Shown: piece after piece, positions 15,031-24,687 of the stretch | How positions within the stretch are numbered: position 1 is the stretch's first letter | Layout of the letters: each line of letters starts with the position of its first letter | IMG/VR virus record: IMGVR_UViG_3300033997_000053 | Length of the DNA: 44,301 bases | Direction: 5' to 3' (one strand) | From: a virus | The notes under the pieces: generated by a model | Seen by the model: only the letters and a program-made list of their open reading frames with translations | What the model was told of the DNA's origin: nothing | Database searches by the model: none | Program-made: the position numbers and the translations under genes

Positions 15031-16518
15031 ATGGCTACACAAGCTATTCCATATTCCCAACTGGTTAACATCATTCCCGGAGTTATCGGGACTGGTGCTA
15101 ATCCGTTGAGTTTGAACGCAATCTTTATCGACAAAGATGCGAAGATTCCAACATCTGGCCTTCTGGAGTTTTATGACCGCGCTGGCGTGGTTGAATACTT
15201 CGGCTCTGATTCGGAGCAAGCGGCTTTGGCCGGAGTGTATTTCAATGGCTTTGACACAGCCACGCGACGCCCGGGCACTTTGTTCTTTGCTGGCTACGCT
15301 GAAACAGCGCGTGCTGGCTGGGTTCGCGGGCAGTCCTTGGCGGGTGTTACGCTGGACGAACTGAAAGCCATTAGCGGCACGCTGGATGTTGTGGTGGACG
15401 GAGGCTCCACAATCAATGCAACGATTGACCTGTCTTTGATGACCAGCTTCACCGATGCCGCAACCGCTATCGGCACCGCTATCGGCGCTGGCGTGGTGGT
15501 AACGTGGGACGCGCTGTTTTCGGTGTTTGTCATCACCTCCGCAACCACTGGTGCAACATCGAGCGTGGTTATTTCTGGCGGCACGGCGGCAGAGCCTTTG
15601 GGTTTGGTTGGTGGCTACAGCAGCACAGGCGCAGCGATTGACACGCCTACAAGCGCAATGGATCGCATCGTTACTCAGTCCAACGACTGGGCGACGTTCA
15701 TGACCACATTCAAGCCAGACCAAGACGACATGGTGCTGTTTGCTGAATGGGTTGGTACGCAGCGTCAGCGCTATGGCTACGTGGCTTGGGATTCGTCCTC
15801 CGCCTACTTCACGCCAAACAATCCGGCCACCTTTGGCAAGTACGTCGAAAACCAAAAGCTCGGCGCGACAGTGGTTGTTTATGACACCACCGCCAAGACT
15901 GCGGCATTTGTGTGCGGCTATGCTGCATCGATCAATTGGGACGAGCTGAACGGTCGCGCGACCCCTGCATTCAAATCGCAGGAAGGCTTGCCCTACACCG
16001 TTGACACACTGGCTAAGGCCAACGCTGTTCTATCGAACAATGCCAGCTACTACGGCCACTACTCCGGCCCCGGCGCTGGCAACGTGGATAACTGCTTCCA
16101 AGATGGCCGCATGAATGGTTCTATCTTCCAGTGGTTCGATACGTTCGTTAACCAAATCCGACTGAATTCGCAACTGCTGCTGTCCATCTGGACGGGCCTG
16201 CGCGCAGCAAAGGCCGTGCCCTACAACAGCCGAGGCGAGAACCTGATCCGCGCATGGGCGCAAGATCCGATTGATGAAGGCCTGAACAACGGCTCTATCG
16301 TGCCCGGTGTCACATTGAGCAATTCTCAGCGCGTTGAGATCAATACTCAAGTCGGCTTTGATGTGAGTGAAACCCTGTTCACGCAAGGCTACTACCTGCA
16401 CATCTTGCCAGCCACTGCACAGGTGCGCGGCCAGCGCAAGTCCCCTCCGCTCAAGCTGTTCTATTGCGACGGCGGAAGTATCCAGCAAATTGAACTCGCG
16501 TCCATCGCGGTACTGTAA
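15031..16518 (+). CDS. tail sheath protein (DUF3383-like)
   Basis: aggag lies 5 nt before ATG 15031. 495 aa, followed by the tube gene. Confidence 0.75.
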   Translation: MATQAIPYSQLVNIIPGVIGTGANPLSLNAIFIDKDAKIPTSGLLEFYDRAGVVEYFGSDSEQAALAGVYFNGFDTATRRPGTLFFAGYAETARAGWVRGQSLAGVTLDELKAISGTLDVVVDGGSTINATIDLSLMTSFTDAATAIGTAIGAGVVVTWDALFSVFVITSATTGATSSVVISGGTAAEPLGLVGGYSSTGAAIDTPTSAMDRIVTQSNDWATFMTTFKPDQDDMVLFAEWVGTQRQRYGYVAWDSSSAYFTPNNPATFGKYVENQKLGATVVVYDTTAKTAAFVCGYAASINWDELNGRATPAFKSQEGLPYTVDTLAKANAVLSNNASYYGHYSGPGAGNVDNCFQDGRMNGSIFQWFDTFVNQIRLNSQLLLSIWTGLRAAKAVPYNSRGENLIRAWAQDPIDEGLNNGSIVPGVTLSNSQRVEINTQVGFDVSETLFTQGYYLHILPATAQVRGQRKSPPLKLFYCDGGSIQQIELASIAVL

Positions 16519-16529
16519 GGAGCGAATAA

Positions 16530-16967
16530 ATGGCAGACCGTACTATCACCTCTGCAGATTCGAGTTACTTCCTCGGCTCTGCTGACTACGCCCTTGGCAT
16601 TGAGTTGGAAGGCTATGCGGCTGACGCTGCTTTTGCCTTGGACAATGCCGACACCGCTGAAACGTCTTTGGGCGTGGATGGTAAGCTGGCGGCAGGCTGG
16701 GTGCCTCGCAGCTACAACCAGACAATCACGCTGCAAGCTGACAGCCCAAGCGCGCAAGTGATTGATGCGTTCATTGCCGCGCAAGACGTGCAGCGAACCA
16801 TCTTTCGATTGACGGGCACCATCACGCTGCCTGGAAACAAAATGTCGTACAGCTTGCTGCGTGGCGTCATCAAGAACTACACGGCAATGCCGACGGCCCA
16901 GCGCGTGCTGCAGCCTCGTACCTACGTCATTGAGTGGGAAAAGGTTGTTCCTGTTCCGGTGGGATAA
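16530..16967 (+). CDS. tail tube protein (DUF3277-like)
   Basis: 145 aa with RBS aaggag, between the sheath and chaperone genes. Confidence 0.7.
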   Translation: MADRTITSADSSYFLGSADYALGIELEGYAADAAFALDNADTAETSLGVDGKLAAGWVPRSYNQTITLQADSPSAQVIDAFIAAQDVQRTIFRLTGTITLPGNKMSYSLLRGVIKNYTAMPTAQRVLQPRTYVIEWEKVVPVPVG

Positions 16968-16977
16968 TCAGCGACAA

Positions 16978-17003
16978 TAAAGGCCCCTTCGGGGGCTTTT
17001 CAA
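16978..17003 (+). terminator. intrinsic terminator after the tube gene
   Basis: aaaggcccc ttcg ggggcttttc. Confidence 0.75.
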
Positions 17004-17017
17004 CATGAGGAACAAAA

Positions 17018-17413
17018 ATGGCACGACGCACAAAAGACATTGAAATCAAAGACCCAGAAAGCCGCGACAACGGAAAGACCTATGTTGTCACTGAAATGTC
17101 GGCTGAGGCCGCTGAATGGTGGGCGTTCCGCGTTTTGCAGGCAATCCTTGGAGCAAACGCCGAAATTGATCTGAGCGCACCATTGGCTCAAATGGCCGCA
17201 GCCGGATTCAAGGCATTGGGCCAGCTTGAGCCTGAAAAAGCCAAGCCACTGTTGGATGAGATGATGAAATGCGTAAGCATGCGATTGCCGGATGGCAAAA
17301 CGCGCGAGCTTTTCGCTGGCGCAACAGACATTGAAGAGGTGAAAACTCGCGTCATTCTTCGAAAAGAAATCTTTGCCTTGCACGTTGATTTTTTTCAAAA
17401 TGGCGGCGTGTAG
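17018..17413 (+). CDS. tail assembly chaperone (short, unshifted form)
   Basis: 131 aa, immediately upstream of the tape measure gene. It ends shortly after a T7 slippery run. Confidence 0.75.
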   Translation: MARRTKDIEIKDPESRDNGKTYVVTEMSAEAAEWWAFRVLQAILGANAEIDLSAPLAQMAAAGFKALGQLEPEKAKPLLDEMMKCVSMRLPDGKTRELFAGATDIEEVKTRVILRKEIFALHVDFFQNGGV

Positions 17414-17604
17414 ACTTCCCGCTAACTCCGCCTAGTGCGAATGCGTCAAAAATGATTGAGTATCGCAACACGCCGGGAATCATTGCTGCGCTAGTTTCTG
17501 CGCGGCTTGCTACCTTCGTGGAGTTGCAGACGGTGCTAGGCCCGTATGACGCATACCAGCTATGGGAAATTCACCGCATTGACCAACACAACAGGGCGCT
17601 CTGA
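17018..17604 (+). CDS. tail assembly chaperone, -1 frameshift-extended form (17018..17395, re-reading 17395..17604)
   Basis: The -1 frame is open from the slippery site to TGA 17602-17604 (SKWRRVDFPLTPPSANASKMIEYRNTPGII...HNRAL). That stop overlaps the tape measure ATG. Confidence 0.7.
17389..17395 (+). other. -1 programmed ribosomal frameshift slippery heptamer T_TTT_TTT
   Basis: The zero frame reads GAT TTT TTT CAA and the heptamer occupies 17389-17395. Confidence 0.7.
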
Positions 17605-19301
17605 TGGCAACCGTAATTGATCAGCTTGTCGTAAAACTTGGGCTTGATCCAAAAGATTTCAAAGATGGCGTAAACATCATTGTTGTCGAATTGGACAAGG
17701 CCAAGGACAAGACAAAGAAGACTGCAGACGACATGAAGAAAAGCGGCAAGGAGGCCGCTGGGTTCTTCACTGAGCTGCAGAAGTCCACGCTCAAGTTCAT
17801 GGCCGCGCTGGCGGCTGGGCGTGGCCTGTACAACTTCGTTCAAAACACCATCAAGGGCGGGGCTAGCCTACAGCGACTGGCGACCAACCTGCAAACCACA
17901 ACTGACAGCCTCCACCGATGGGGGCAGGCAGTAAAGCAAAACGGCGGCACCGTTGAAGGCTTTCAATCCACCATCCAAGGGTTGAGCGCTGGCGTCACTG
18001 AGTTGATGCGCGGCGGCAATGAGAACCTGCGCGGGTTCTTGTCCACCCTGGGCATTGGTCTGCAAGACGCTACTGGCAAAGCCAAAACAATGGAGCAGAT
18101 TCTGCTCGATGTGGCGAGCGCGGTTGAGGCAGGGAAGCTGGGGCCAAGTCGCGCCAACCAGGTCAATTTCTTGCAACAGATGGGCCTTGATGATGGCACC
18201 ATCAACCTGCTGCTTAAAGGGCGCAAGGACGTAGAGAAAGCCCTGGCTGCGCAGACTGGTTACAACGAAGCCGATGCCAAGAAAGCACTAGAGTACGAAC
18301 AAAAGTGGCTTCAGGCGCAAGAGAAGATCAACGGCTACATGCGGGAGCTTACCTACAAGCTCTTACCGTCTTTGCTCCCGGCTATTGATGCAATCGGCAC
18401 AGCAGTAAGCACCATGGCGCCATACGTGGCAAAGATGGTTGACGGATTTGTCATACTCAATGAAAAAACGGATGGCTGGCTGGCAAATCTGCTGCTGGCT
18501 CTTGGAGCTGTTAAAGGTATTTCGATGCTGCTTCCAAAGGCGGCGGGCGGTTCTGCCGCAGCCGCTGGGGCAGGAGCAGCAGGTGGCGCCGCCGCTGGCA
18601 GTTTCCTTGGCAGGCTATTCAAGTTTGGTGCAGGCGGCGCTGCGCTGACTTACAGCGGCGACCTAAATACAGGTGAAGCGGCAGAGCTTGCGCGCCGTCG
18701 ATCTATGGCTCCCACCATCGACACAGGCCCTCGACCAAGTGGCGAACCATCTCCGCACGCATCCACCAAAAAGACGCGCGCAGAGCGAAACTTCAACCCC
18801 GGCAATCTGAACTACGCAGGGCAGGCAGGGGCATCGCTAGAGGCTGGTAGCAATGCGCGCTTTGCCAAGTTCAACAGCGAAGAAGAGGGCATTGCTGCGC
18901 TGGTTCGCCAGCTTCGCCTGTACCAGCAGCGCGGCATCGACACCATTGGCGAAATCGTCAAGAAATACGCTCCACCCAGCGAGAACGACACCCAGGCTTA
19001 CATTGCATCCATGGCGCGATGGACAGGGCTGGGCGCAGATGAAAAGCTGAACTTCAATGACACCGACACCGTGCGCAGAATGGTTCAGGGAATCAGCCGC
19101 AAGGAAGGACGATACACACCGCTTACGGAAGGTCAAATCATGTCGGGCATCAATCTAGCCAATCAACGCGCGGGCATTGCTGGAACGGCCAGCATTCAGA
19201 CTGGCGACATTACTATCAACACGCAAGCCACTGATGCAGCAGGAATCGCGCGCGACCTGTATCCGGCGCTGGTGGCTCAAGCTAACTCGGGGATGCGCTG
19301 A
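17604..19301 (+). CDS. tape measure protein with a C-terminal globular domain
   Basis: 565 aa. It has a helical N-terminus, a Gly/Ala-rich hydrophobic centre, and a C-terminal RNFNPGNLNY...YAPPSENDTQAYI domain. Confidence 0.85.
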   Translation: MATVIDQLVVKLGLDPKDFKDGVNIIVVELDKAKDKTKKTADDMKKSGKEAAGFFTELQKSTLKFMAALAAGRGLYNFVQNTIKGGASLQRLATNLQTTTDSLHRWGQAVKQNGGTVEGFQSTIQGLSAGVTELMRGGNENLRGFLSTLGIGLQDATGKAKTMEQILLDVASAVEAGKLGPSRANQVNFLQQMGLDDGTINLLLKGRKDVEKALAAQTGYNEADAKKALEYEQKWLQAQEKINGYMRELTYKLLPSLLPAIDAIGTAVSTMAPYVAKMVDGFVILNEKTDGWLANLLLALGAVKGISMLLPKAAGGSAAAAGAGAAGGAAAGSFLGRLFKFGAGGAALTYSGDLNTGEAAELARRRSMAPTIDTGPRPSGEPSPHASTKKTRAERNFNPGNLNYAGQAGASLEAGSNARFAKFNSEEEGIAALVRQLRLYQQRGIDTIGEIVKKYAPPSENDTQAYIASMARWTGLGADEKLNFNDTDTVRRMVQGISRKEGRYTPLTEGQIMSGINLANQRAGIAGTASIQTGDITINTQATDAAGIARDLYPALVAQANSGMR

Positions 19302-19897
19302 TGTTTGGAGTACCAAATCTACTAAAAGGCGTGGCGCGCGCCACTGTCGCCACACTTCTCAGCAACACGCTAGGCAAGCTGTATGACTTCTTTGTTGTCC
19401 CGCCCAAGTGGGGGATTTACCTGCCCGGCAGCTCCACAAAGGCGATTGAGGTCGCTAGCGTGGTGGCGATGGACATTGCAGGCTCTGCGGACGTGTCTGA
19501 CTACCAAATTGAGCAAGGCTCGTTTGTGTCTTACAACAAAGTGATCTTGCCTGATGTGTTTCAATTCCGCATTGCGCAGGACGGGCAAGAGGCCAGCCGC
19601 ACGTATTTTCTGGACTGGCTGCAGCGCGCCAAAAATGGCCTCGATGTGTTTGACGTGGTGTGTCCTGAGTTCGTCTACCCCAACGCGACACTAATCCGCT
19701 ACACGATCCGGCGCACAGCAGGCTCAGGCGCGGCAATGATCACCGCAGATTGCGTGTTCCAGCAGGTGCGGGAGAAGCCCGCCCAATATTCATCCAGCCA
19801 AACCGAGAAGCCCGAAAACAAAGAAAGCACGCCAGTGGTTCAGGTGAACCCAGTGCCTTCAAGTTCAATTCAGGCCACCGACTTAGGGCCGCTATGA
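19301..19897 (+). CDS. baseplate/tail hub-associated protein, 198 aa
   Basis: Track ORF, TGATG-coupled to the tape measure gene. Confidence 0.6.
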   Translation: MFGVPNLLKGVARATVATLLSNTLGKLYDFFVVPPKWGIYLPGSSTKAIEVASVVAMDIAGSADVSDYQIEQGSFVSYNKVILPDVFQFRIAQDGQEASRTYFLDWLQRAKNGLDVFDVVCPEFVYPNATLIRYTIRRTAGSGAAMITADCVFQQVREKPAQYSSSQTEKPENKESTPVVQVNPVPSSSIQATDLGPL

Positions 19898-20193
19898 CCG
19901 TTTACACCATACCAATAAAGCAGGTGCCAAGCCAGCGTGTCAACGTTGTGCTTTCAGGGCAACCCTGCACCATCGAGCTAAGGCAGCTAGGTGGCCGTCA
20001 GTATTTCAGCCTATCGATTAACGGCACGGTGATCTGCCAGAATGTGCTGATGGTTGACCGCTCCCGCATTGTTCGCGCTGCCTACACTGGATTCATTGGC
20101 GACTTTGCTTCTATTGACACGCAGGGCGCGGATGCGCCCGATTACACAGGATGGGGCACTCGATGGTTGCTAGCCTACAGCGACGACGCCTAA
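19894..20193 (+). CDS. hypothetical tail protein, 99 aa
   Basis: ATG 19894 (ATGA coupling), in the frame of track ORF 19750..20193. Confidence 0.6.
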   Translation: MTVYTIPIKQVPSQRVNVVLSGQPCTIELRQLGGRQYFSLSINGTVICQNVLMVDRSRIVRAAYTGFIGDFASIDTQGADAPDYTGWGTRWLLAYSDDA

Positions 20194-21050
20194 GGTTCGT
20201 CTTTCAGCTTGCTACAGGCTCGTTTGATCGTGTCGGCGCGCCCGATACTGTCGAGTTTGAGGACTTTCGATCCGTGGTTGAAATACAGCTACAGGGCGGA
20301 ATGACTTTCCCATCTTGCCGCGCCACCATCTTTGGTATTTCGCGCGACGTTATGGATCGGCTGACAGCAATCAATTTTCTGAACCTGGAGTTCATGCGCA
20401 ACACTATGCGCGTGGATGCTATGGACGATTACGGCCAGTGGACAACGGCGTTTTTGGGTGAGATTTTCAACGCCCAGCCAGACTACAACAGCATGCCCCA
20501 GGTGCCTTTTGTTGTAGAGGCGCAGTCCGGCCTGCTTGGCATCTTGGCACCTAAGAACCCAGCGACCTTCCCGGGTTCGCGCAAGGTTTCCGAGATCATG
20601 GATGTGCTGGCAAAAGAGCTTGGCCTGCGTTTGGAAAACAACCAAGTCGAAAGCGTGCTGGTAGATCAGTCCCTTGCAGGAACGACCGTGGACAAAATCC
20701 GGCGCGTTGCCGAGGCGGCCAACATCGATTACTGGATTGCTACGGAGGAAGGAATCCTCGCCATAGCGCCAAAGAATTTCCCGCGTAAGAGCGAACCGGT
20801 GTTGTTCAGTAAAGAAACTGGCATGATTGGCTACCCCAAGAAGATGCGCACGGGGATTGAGCTGACTGCGCTTTACAACCCTTCGCTGCGCAACGGCTGC
20901 AAGCTCAAGGTAGAAAGCGATGTGCCATCGTGCAATGGCGAATGGTACGCGCTCAATCAAACCATTTTGCTTTCGTGCGAACTACCTGGCGGTCCATGGC
21001 AAAGCACGATCTTTGCATCATCTCAACCATTTGCGACAAGCTACCGATGA
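20163..21050 (+). CDS. baseplate hub-like protein
   Basis: Track frame 20151..21050. The start is uncertain (20151 or 20163; it overlaps the upstream gene). Confidence 0.6.
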   Translation: MVASLQRRRLRFVFQLATGSFDRVGAPDTVEFEDFRSVVEIQLQGGMTFPSCRATIFGISRDVMDRLTAINFLNLEFMRNTMRVDAMDDYGQWTTAFLGEIFNAQPDYNSMPQVPFVVEAQSGLLGILAPKNPATFPGSRKVSEIMDVLAKELGLRLENNQVESVLVDQSLAGTTVDKIRRVAEAANIDYWIATEEGILAIAPKNFPRKSEPVLFSKETGMIGYPKKMRTGIELTALYNPSLRNGCKLKVESDVPSCNGEWYALNQTILLSCELPGGPWQSTIFASSQPFATSYR

Positions 21051-21721
21051 CAGTTGACAACCAGCAATACTTCGGCACTGCTACCAGGCTGTCAGACAAG
21101 ACGCAGTTTGAGCAGTTTAATTTCTTGATTCTCCAGAGCCTGCTTAAGCTGGAGACAAGCTCTCTCGTGCGAGTGGTATCGGTCAATGCTTCGGGCCTGG
21201 CCCCTGTTGGCACAGTCAATGTTGTCGTTTTGGTGGGACAGCTCACAGGAGACAACCAGACGCGTCCAGGCGTGGAGATTCCCAACGTCCCATACTTCCG
21301 GCTGCAAGGCGGTGCTAATGCCGTCATCATTGACCCAAAGCCTGGCGACATGGGTATGTGCTGCTTTGCCTCGCGCGACATTTCAAGCGTGAAGGCAGCA
21401 AGGCGAGCCGCGCCACCCGGAAGCCTGCGCCATCACGACTTTAGCGACGGCATGTATGTAGGCGGTTTTTTGAACGCAGCGCCTACGCAGTACATTCATT
21501 TCACGGATTCCGGTATTGTGGTTCATTCGCCTTATGCGGTGAGTGTTAATGCGCCAGCAGCCACGGTAAATGCCACTGACATTCAAATGAACGGCAATGT
21601 TCAGGTGACTGGTAATTTCTCGGTTAATGGAACAATGACCAACAACGGTACAAACATCGGAAGCACGCATACGCACGGCGGCGTCCAAACTGGCGGCGGC
21701 AACACAGGAGCACCAAATTGA
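21047..21721 (+). CDS. baseplate assembly protein V / central spike (Mu gp45-like)
   Basis: ATG 21047 (ATGA coupling). The C-terminus NIGSTHTHGGVQTGGGNTGAP is typical of gpV-type spikes. Confidence 0.75.
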   Translation: MTVDNQQYFGTATRLSDKTQFEQFNFLILQSLLKLETSSLVRVVSVNASGLAPVGTVNVVVLVGQLTGDNQTRPGVEIPNVPYFRLQGGANAVIIDPKPGDMGMCCFASRDISSVKAARRAAPPGSLRHHDFSDGMYVGGFLNAAPTQYIHFTDSGIVVHSPYAVSVNAPAATVNATDIQMNGNVQVTGNFSVNGTMTNNGTNIGSTHTHGGVQTGGGNTGAPN

Positions 21722-22065
21722 CAACTACGCTTTACCTTGACCCCGAAACATGGGATTTAACCGTAGATGCAGCGCGGTGCATTGCTTTGGCTGGCATGCC
21801 ATACGCAGCAGCGCAGACCGTTGCCAACGCCACGCGCTTGTGGCGTGGTGAAGCGCCGTTCAATCTGGATCGCGGCATGCCTTATCAAGAGGTCGTAGGA
21901 AAGAACCCGCCGCGCCAGCTTTTGGCTAGCTGGTTTGAAACCGAGGCAGTTACCGTACCGGATGTTTCTAATGCTGTGGCGGTGTTAGAATTTGACCGGA
22001 ATAATCGCGCACTTACCGGCCAGATTCAATGCACCCTTAATGACGGAACAGTGATCAATGTCTAA
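21718..22065 (+). CDS. baseplate protein (gpW / Mu gp46-like), TTG start
   Basis: acaggag lies 7 nt before TTG 21718. 115 aa, located between the V and J genes. Confidence 0.6.
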   Translation: MTTTLYLDPETWDLTVDAARCIALAGMPYAAAQTVANATRLWRGEAPFNLDRGMPYQEVVGKNPPRQLLASWFETEAVTVPDVSNAVAVLEFDRNNRALTGQIQCTLNDGTVINV

Positions 22066-23269
22066 CACGCCACCAATTCAAATTACGCCAACAGGCGTTG
22101 TTGTGCCGTCGGCGGTTGATATTCGCACCGGCATTCTGGCGGACACCAATGCGGCATTTGGCGGTGACTTGGATGTTGTCACGCCATCGACACCCCAGGC
22201 ATATCTGGCAGACAATCTGACGGATAACCTGATGGATTCCAATGCGGCCATTGCAAACTTGATTGCGATGATTGACCCGGCTACATCCGAAGGCCGGTTC
22301 CAAGATGGCATTGGGCGAATCTATTTTTTTGATCGCAAGGGCGCGACTTCTTCTGTAGTTCAGGCGCTTTGCACTGGGCAGCCTGGCCTTGTCATGCCAG
22401 CCGGTCAGCTTGCGCAAGATGCTGATGGAAACCTTTGGATTTCGGACAACCCGGCTACTTTTGACGGATTAGGCCAAGCTACTATCCAGTTTTCATGCCA
22501 AACCAAGGGTCCCATCGAGCTTGGTATTGGCGCGCTGACAAAGATTGCCCAGTTGTTCCCAGGCTGGGATGCAATAACGAATCTGGCACCTGCGATTATT
22601 GGTAGCAATGTTGAATCGCGCGGCGCTTTTGAAACTCGCCGCCAGGAAAGCATCGCCAAGAATGGCCGGGGAACTGTACCAGCCATTCGCGCCGAGGTAT
22701 GGGGCGTTGACGGTGTGCTTGATGTGTTTGCATACGACAACTTTACGAATGCGGCTATTTTGTACGGCGCGACAAACTACAGCATAAAACCGCACTCGAT
22801 TTATGTTGCGGTAGTTGGCGGCGCTAATGATGACATTGCACAAGCTATTTGGCGCAAGAAAGACGGCGGCTGTGATCTGAACGGAAATACATCTGTTGTA
22901 GTGCAGGACACGGACGGATATTCTTATCCTTACCCACAGTACACAATCACATTCAATCGCCCAACATCGACGCCCGTAAAGTTTTCTGTGCAGATCGCAA
23001 ATAGCACCGCCTTGCCATCGACCATCATCCAAGACGTGAAAACAGCTATTACACAGACGTTCACCGGAGAAAATGGCGCGCAGCGGGCGCGAATTGGCGG
23101 AAAGATTTTTGCATCGAACTTCTATGCTGCCGTGGCGCAGATCAGTTCGGCGGTGTCCATCATTCAGATTAAGGTGGGCCTATCCACTGCAAATCTTGAT
23201 TCTATTGACATAGGCATCGATCAATACCCAACAATTGACGATGCAGACATTGCGGTGTCATTGGTATGA
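22058..23269 (+). CDS. baseplate J-like protein
   Basis: 403 aa. Size and position after the V and W genes fit. Confidence 0.8.
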   Translation: MSNTPPIQITPTGVVVPSAVDIRTGILADTNAAFGGDLDVVTPSTPQAYLADNLTDNLMDSNAAIANLIAMIDPATSEGRFQDGIGRIYFFDRKGATSSVVQALCTGQPGLVMPAGQLAQDADGNLWISDNPATFDGLGQATIQFSCQTKGPIELGIGALTKIAQLFPGWDAITNLAPAIIGSNVESRGAFETRRQESIAKNGRGTVPAIRAEVWGVDGVLDVFAYDNFTNAAILYGATNYSIKPHSIYVAVVGGANDDIAQAIWRKKDGGCDLNGNTSVVVQDTDGYSYPYPQYTITFNRPTSTPVKFSVQIANSTALPSTIIQDVKTAITQTFTGENGAQRARIGGKIFASNFYAAVAQISSAVSIIQIKVGLSTANLDSIDIGIDQYPTIDDADIAVSLV

Positions 23270-23904
23270 AACAATACGCAGCATCGCCAGTCATCAATCA
23301 GCTGATCGACTACAGAAAAAGCTATTTCAACCAAGATTGGTCGAATAGTTTTTACGATGTGGTGTGGAACATCGACACGGCGCAAGGTTTTGGACTTGAT
23401 ATTTGGGGGCGCATTGTAGGCGTAGGGCGTGAGCTTCAAGTTGTTGCAGAAGTGCAAAACTTTGGCTTTAATACAACGCCTCAGAGCTTCTACCCTTTCA
23501 ATCAAGGCACGTTTTACGATGGCCCGCCAGCTACGCAAACATATAGACTGGCTGATAATTCGTACCGCGTGCTGATTCTTGCTAAGGCTCTGTCTAACAT
23601 CTCTGCCACAGATTGCGCATCGCTTAACCGCGTCATAAACAACCTGTTCCCAGGACGTGGTCGCGCTTACGTAAACGACGGGCGCGACATGAGCATTCGG
23701 ATTACTTTTGAGTTTTTCCTAGAGCCATGGGAGCGTGCAGTCCTTGTGGCTCAAAACGTCATGCCACGCCCTGCAGGTGTTGGCTTGAAAATTGCAGAAA
23801 TCCCAACCCCAAATACTTTCGGATTCGCAGAAATGGGCGCTGGCGTTGCCCCTTTTGATTCTGGTACATTCCTAGCAGATGGAGCTGTAACAAATGCCAA
23901 TTAG
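23266..23904 (+). CDS. baseplate/tail protein (DUF2612-like)
   Basis: Product begins MKQYAASPVINQLIDYRKSYF...TAQGFGLDIWGRIVG. Confidence 0.7.
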   Translation: MKQYAASPVINQLIDYRKSYFNQDWSNSFYDVVWNIDTAQGFGLDIWGRIVGVGRELQVVAEVQNFGFNTTPQSFYPFNQGTFYDGPPATQTYRLADNSYRVLILAKALSNISATDCASLNRVINNLFPGRGRAYVNDGRDMSIRITFEFFLEPWERAVLVAQNVMPRPAGVGLKIAEIPTPNTFGFAEMGAGVAPFDSGTFLADGAVTNAN

Positions 23905-24679
23905 CTTACCTAAGTTTTTTCAACGAGCGTTTGCTCAAAACGGCGGAAAACAAGACGTCCCAATCACTGGAGACACCAGCGGTGGGCGCGCATCTTACGA
24001 TGCTGGATTTCCGCCTGTTACTCGAATTCCAATTGTTGCAGGGGGTATCCCCCCATTTGGCACTGACTTCAATGGCGTCCTGTATGACTTGTCGCAAGCA
24101 ATTCAATATGTGCAATCTGGCGTTGCGTTCCCATTCAATCAAGACTTTGCAACAGCGATAGGCGGATATGAAATTGGCGCTATTGTCAGCGACGCATCAG
24201 ACAAATCATTGCTTTGGATAAATGGAACAGCATCAAACACCGCATTCCCGACAGGGTGGACTCAGCTTTCTTTAAAAAATTCCACTGAAACCATTCAAGG
24301 CACAATCCGCGTTGGAACGCAAGCAGAAGTCAACACCGGAACGCTTGATGATGTGGTTGTCACGCCTAAAAAGCTGCGGGATGGTTTTTCTGCAAATTTT
24401 GCGACAATTGGGTTTGTTGCCTTTCCATCTTGGCTTGGTGGACTGATTATTAATTGGGGGCAATTTTCTGCAAATGCTTCTGATGCGCGAGTCCTTACAC
24501 TTCCGTGTGCTTTTACAGCTGTAGGTTTTTTTTGCGGGCACACGCACTCCCTTGCAGCTAGTGGATATACACCCAAGGCTGGGCTTGACGGTTTAACCAA
24601 AATTCAGCTAGGCGCTGATTTTTGGGCTTCTGCAACAAATCCAACCGTCACCCATTACTGGTGGGCATTTGGAAAATAG
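23894..24679 (+). CDS. tail fibre protein
   Basis: The N-terminus has GRASYDAGFPPVTRIPIVAGGIPPFGTDFNGVLYDLSQ, typical of fibre attachment domains. The C-terminal part is AT-richer. Confidence 0.75.
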   Translation: MPISLPKFFQRAFAQNGGKQDVPITGDTSGGRASYDAGFPPVTRIPIVAGGIPPFGTDFNGVLYDLSQAIQYVQSGVAFPFNQDFATAIGGYEIGAIVSDASDKSLLWINGTASNTAFPTGWTQLSLKNSTETIQGTIRVGTQAEVNTGTLDDVVVTPKKLRDGFSANFATIGFVAFPSWLGGLIINWGQFSANASDARVLTLPCAFTAVGFFCGHTHSLAASGYTPKAGLDGLTKIQLGADFWASATNPTVTHYWWAFGK

Positions 24680-24687
24680 GAGAAATA

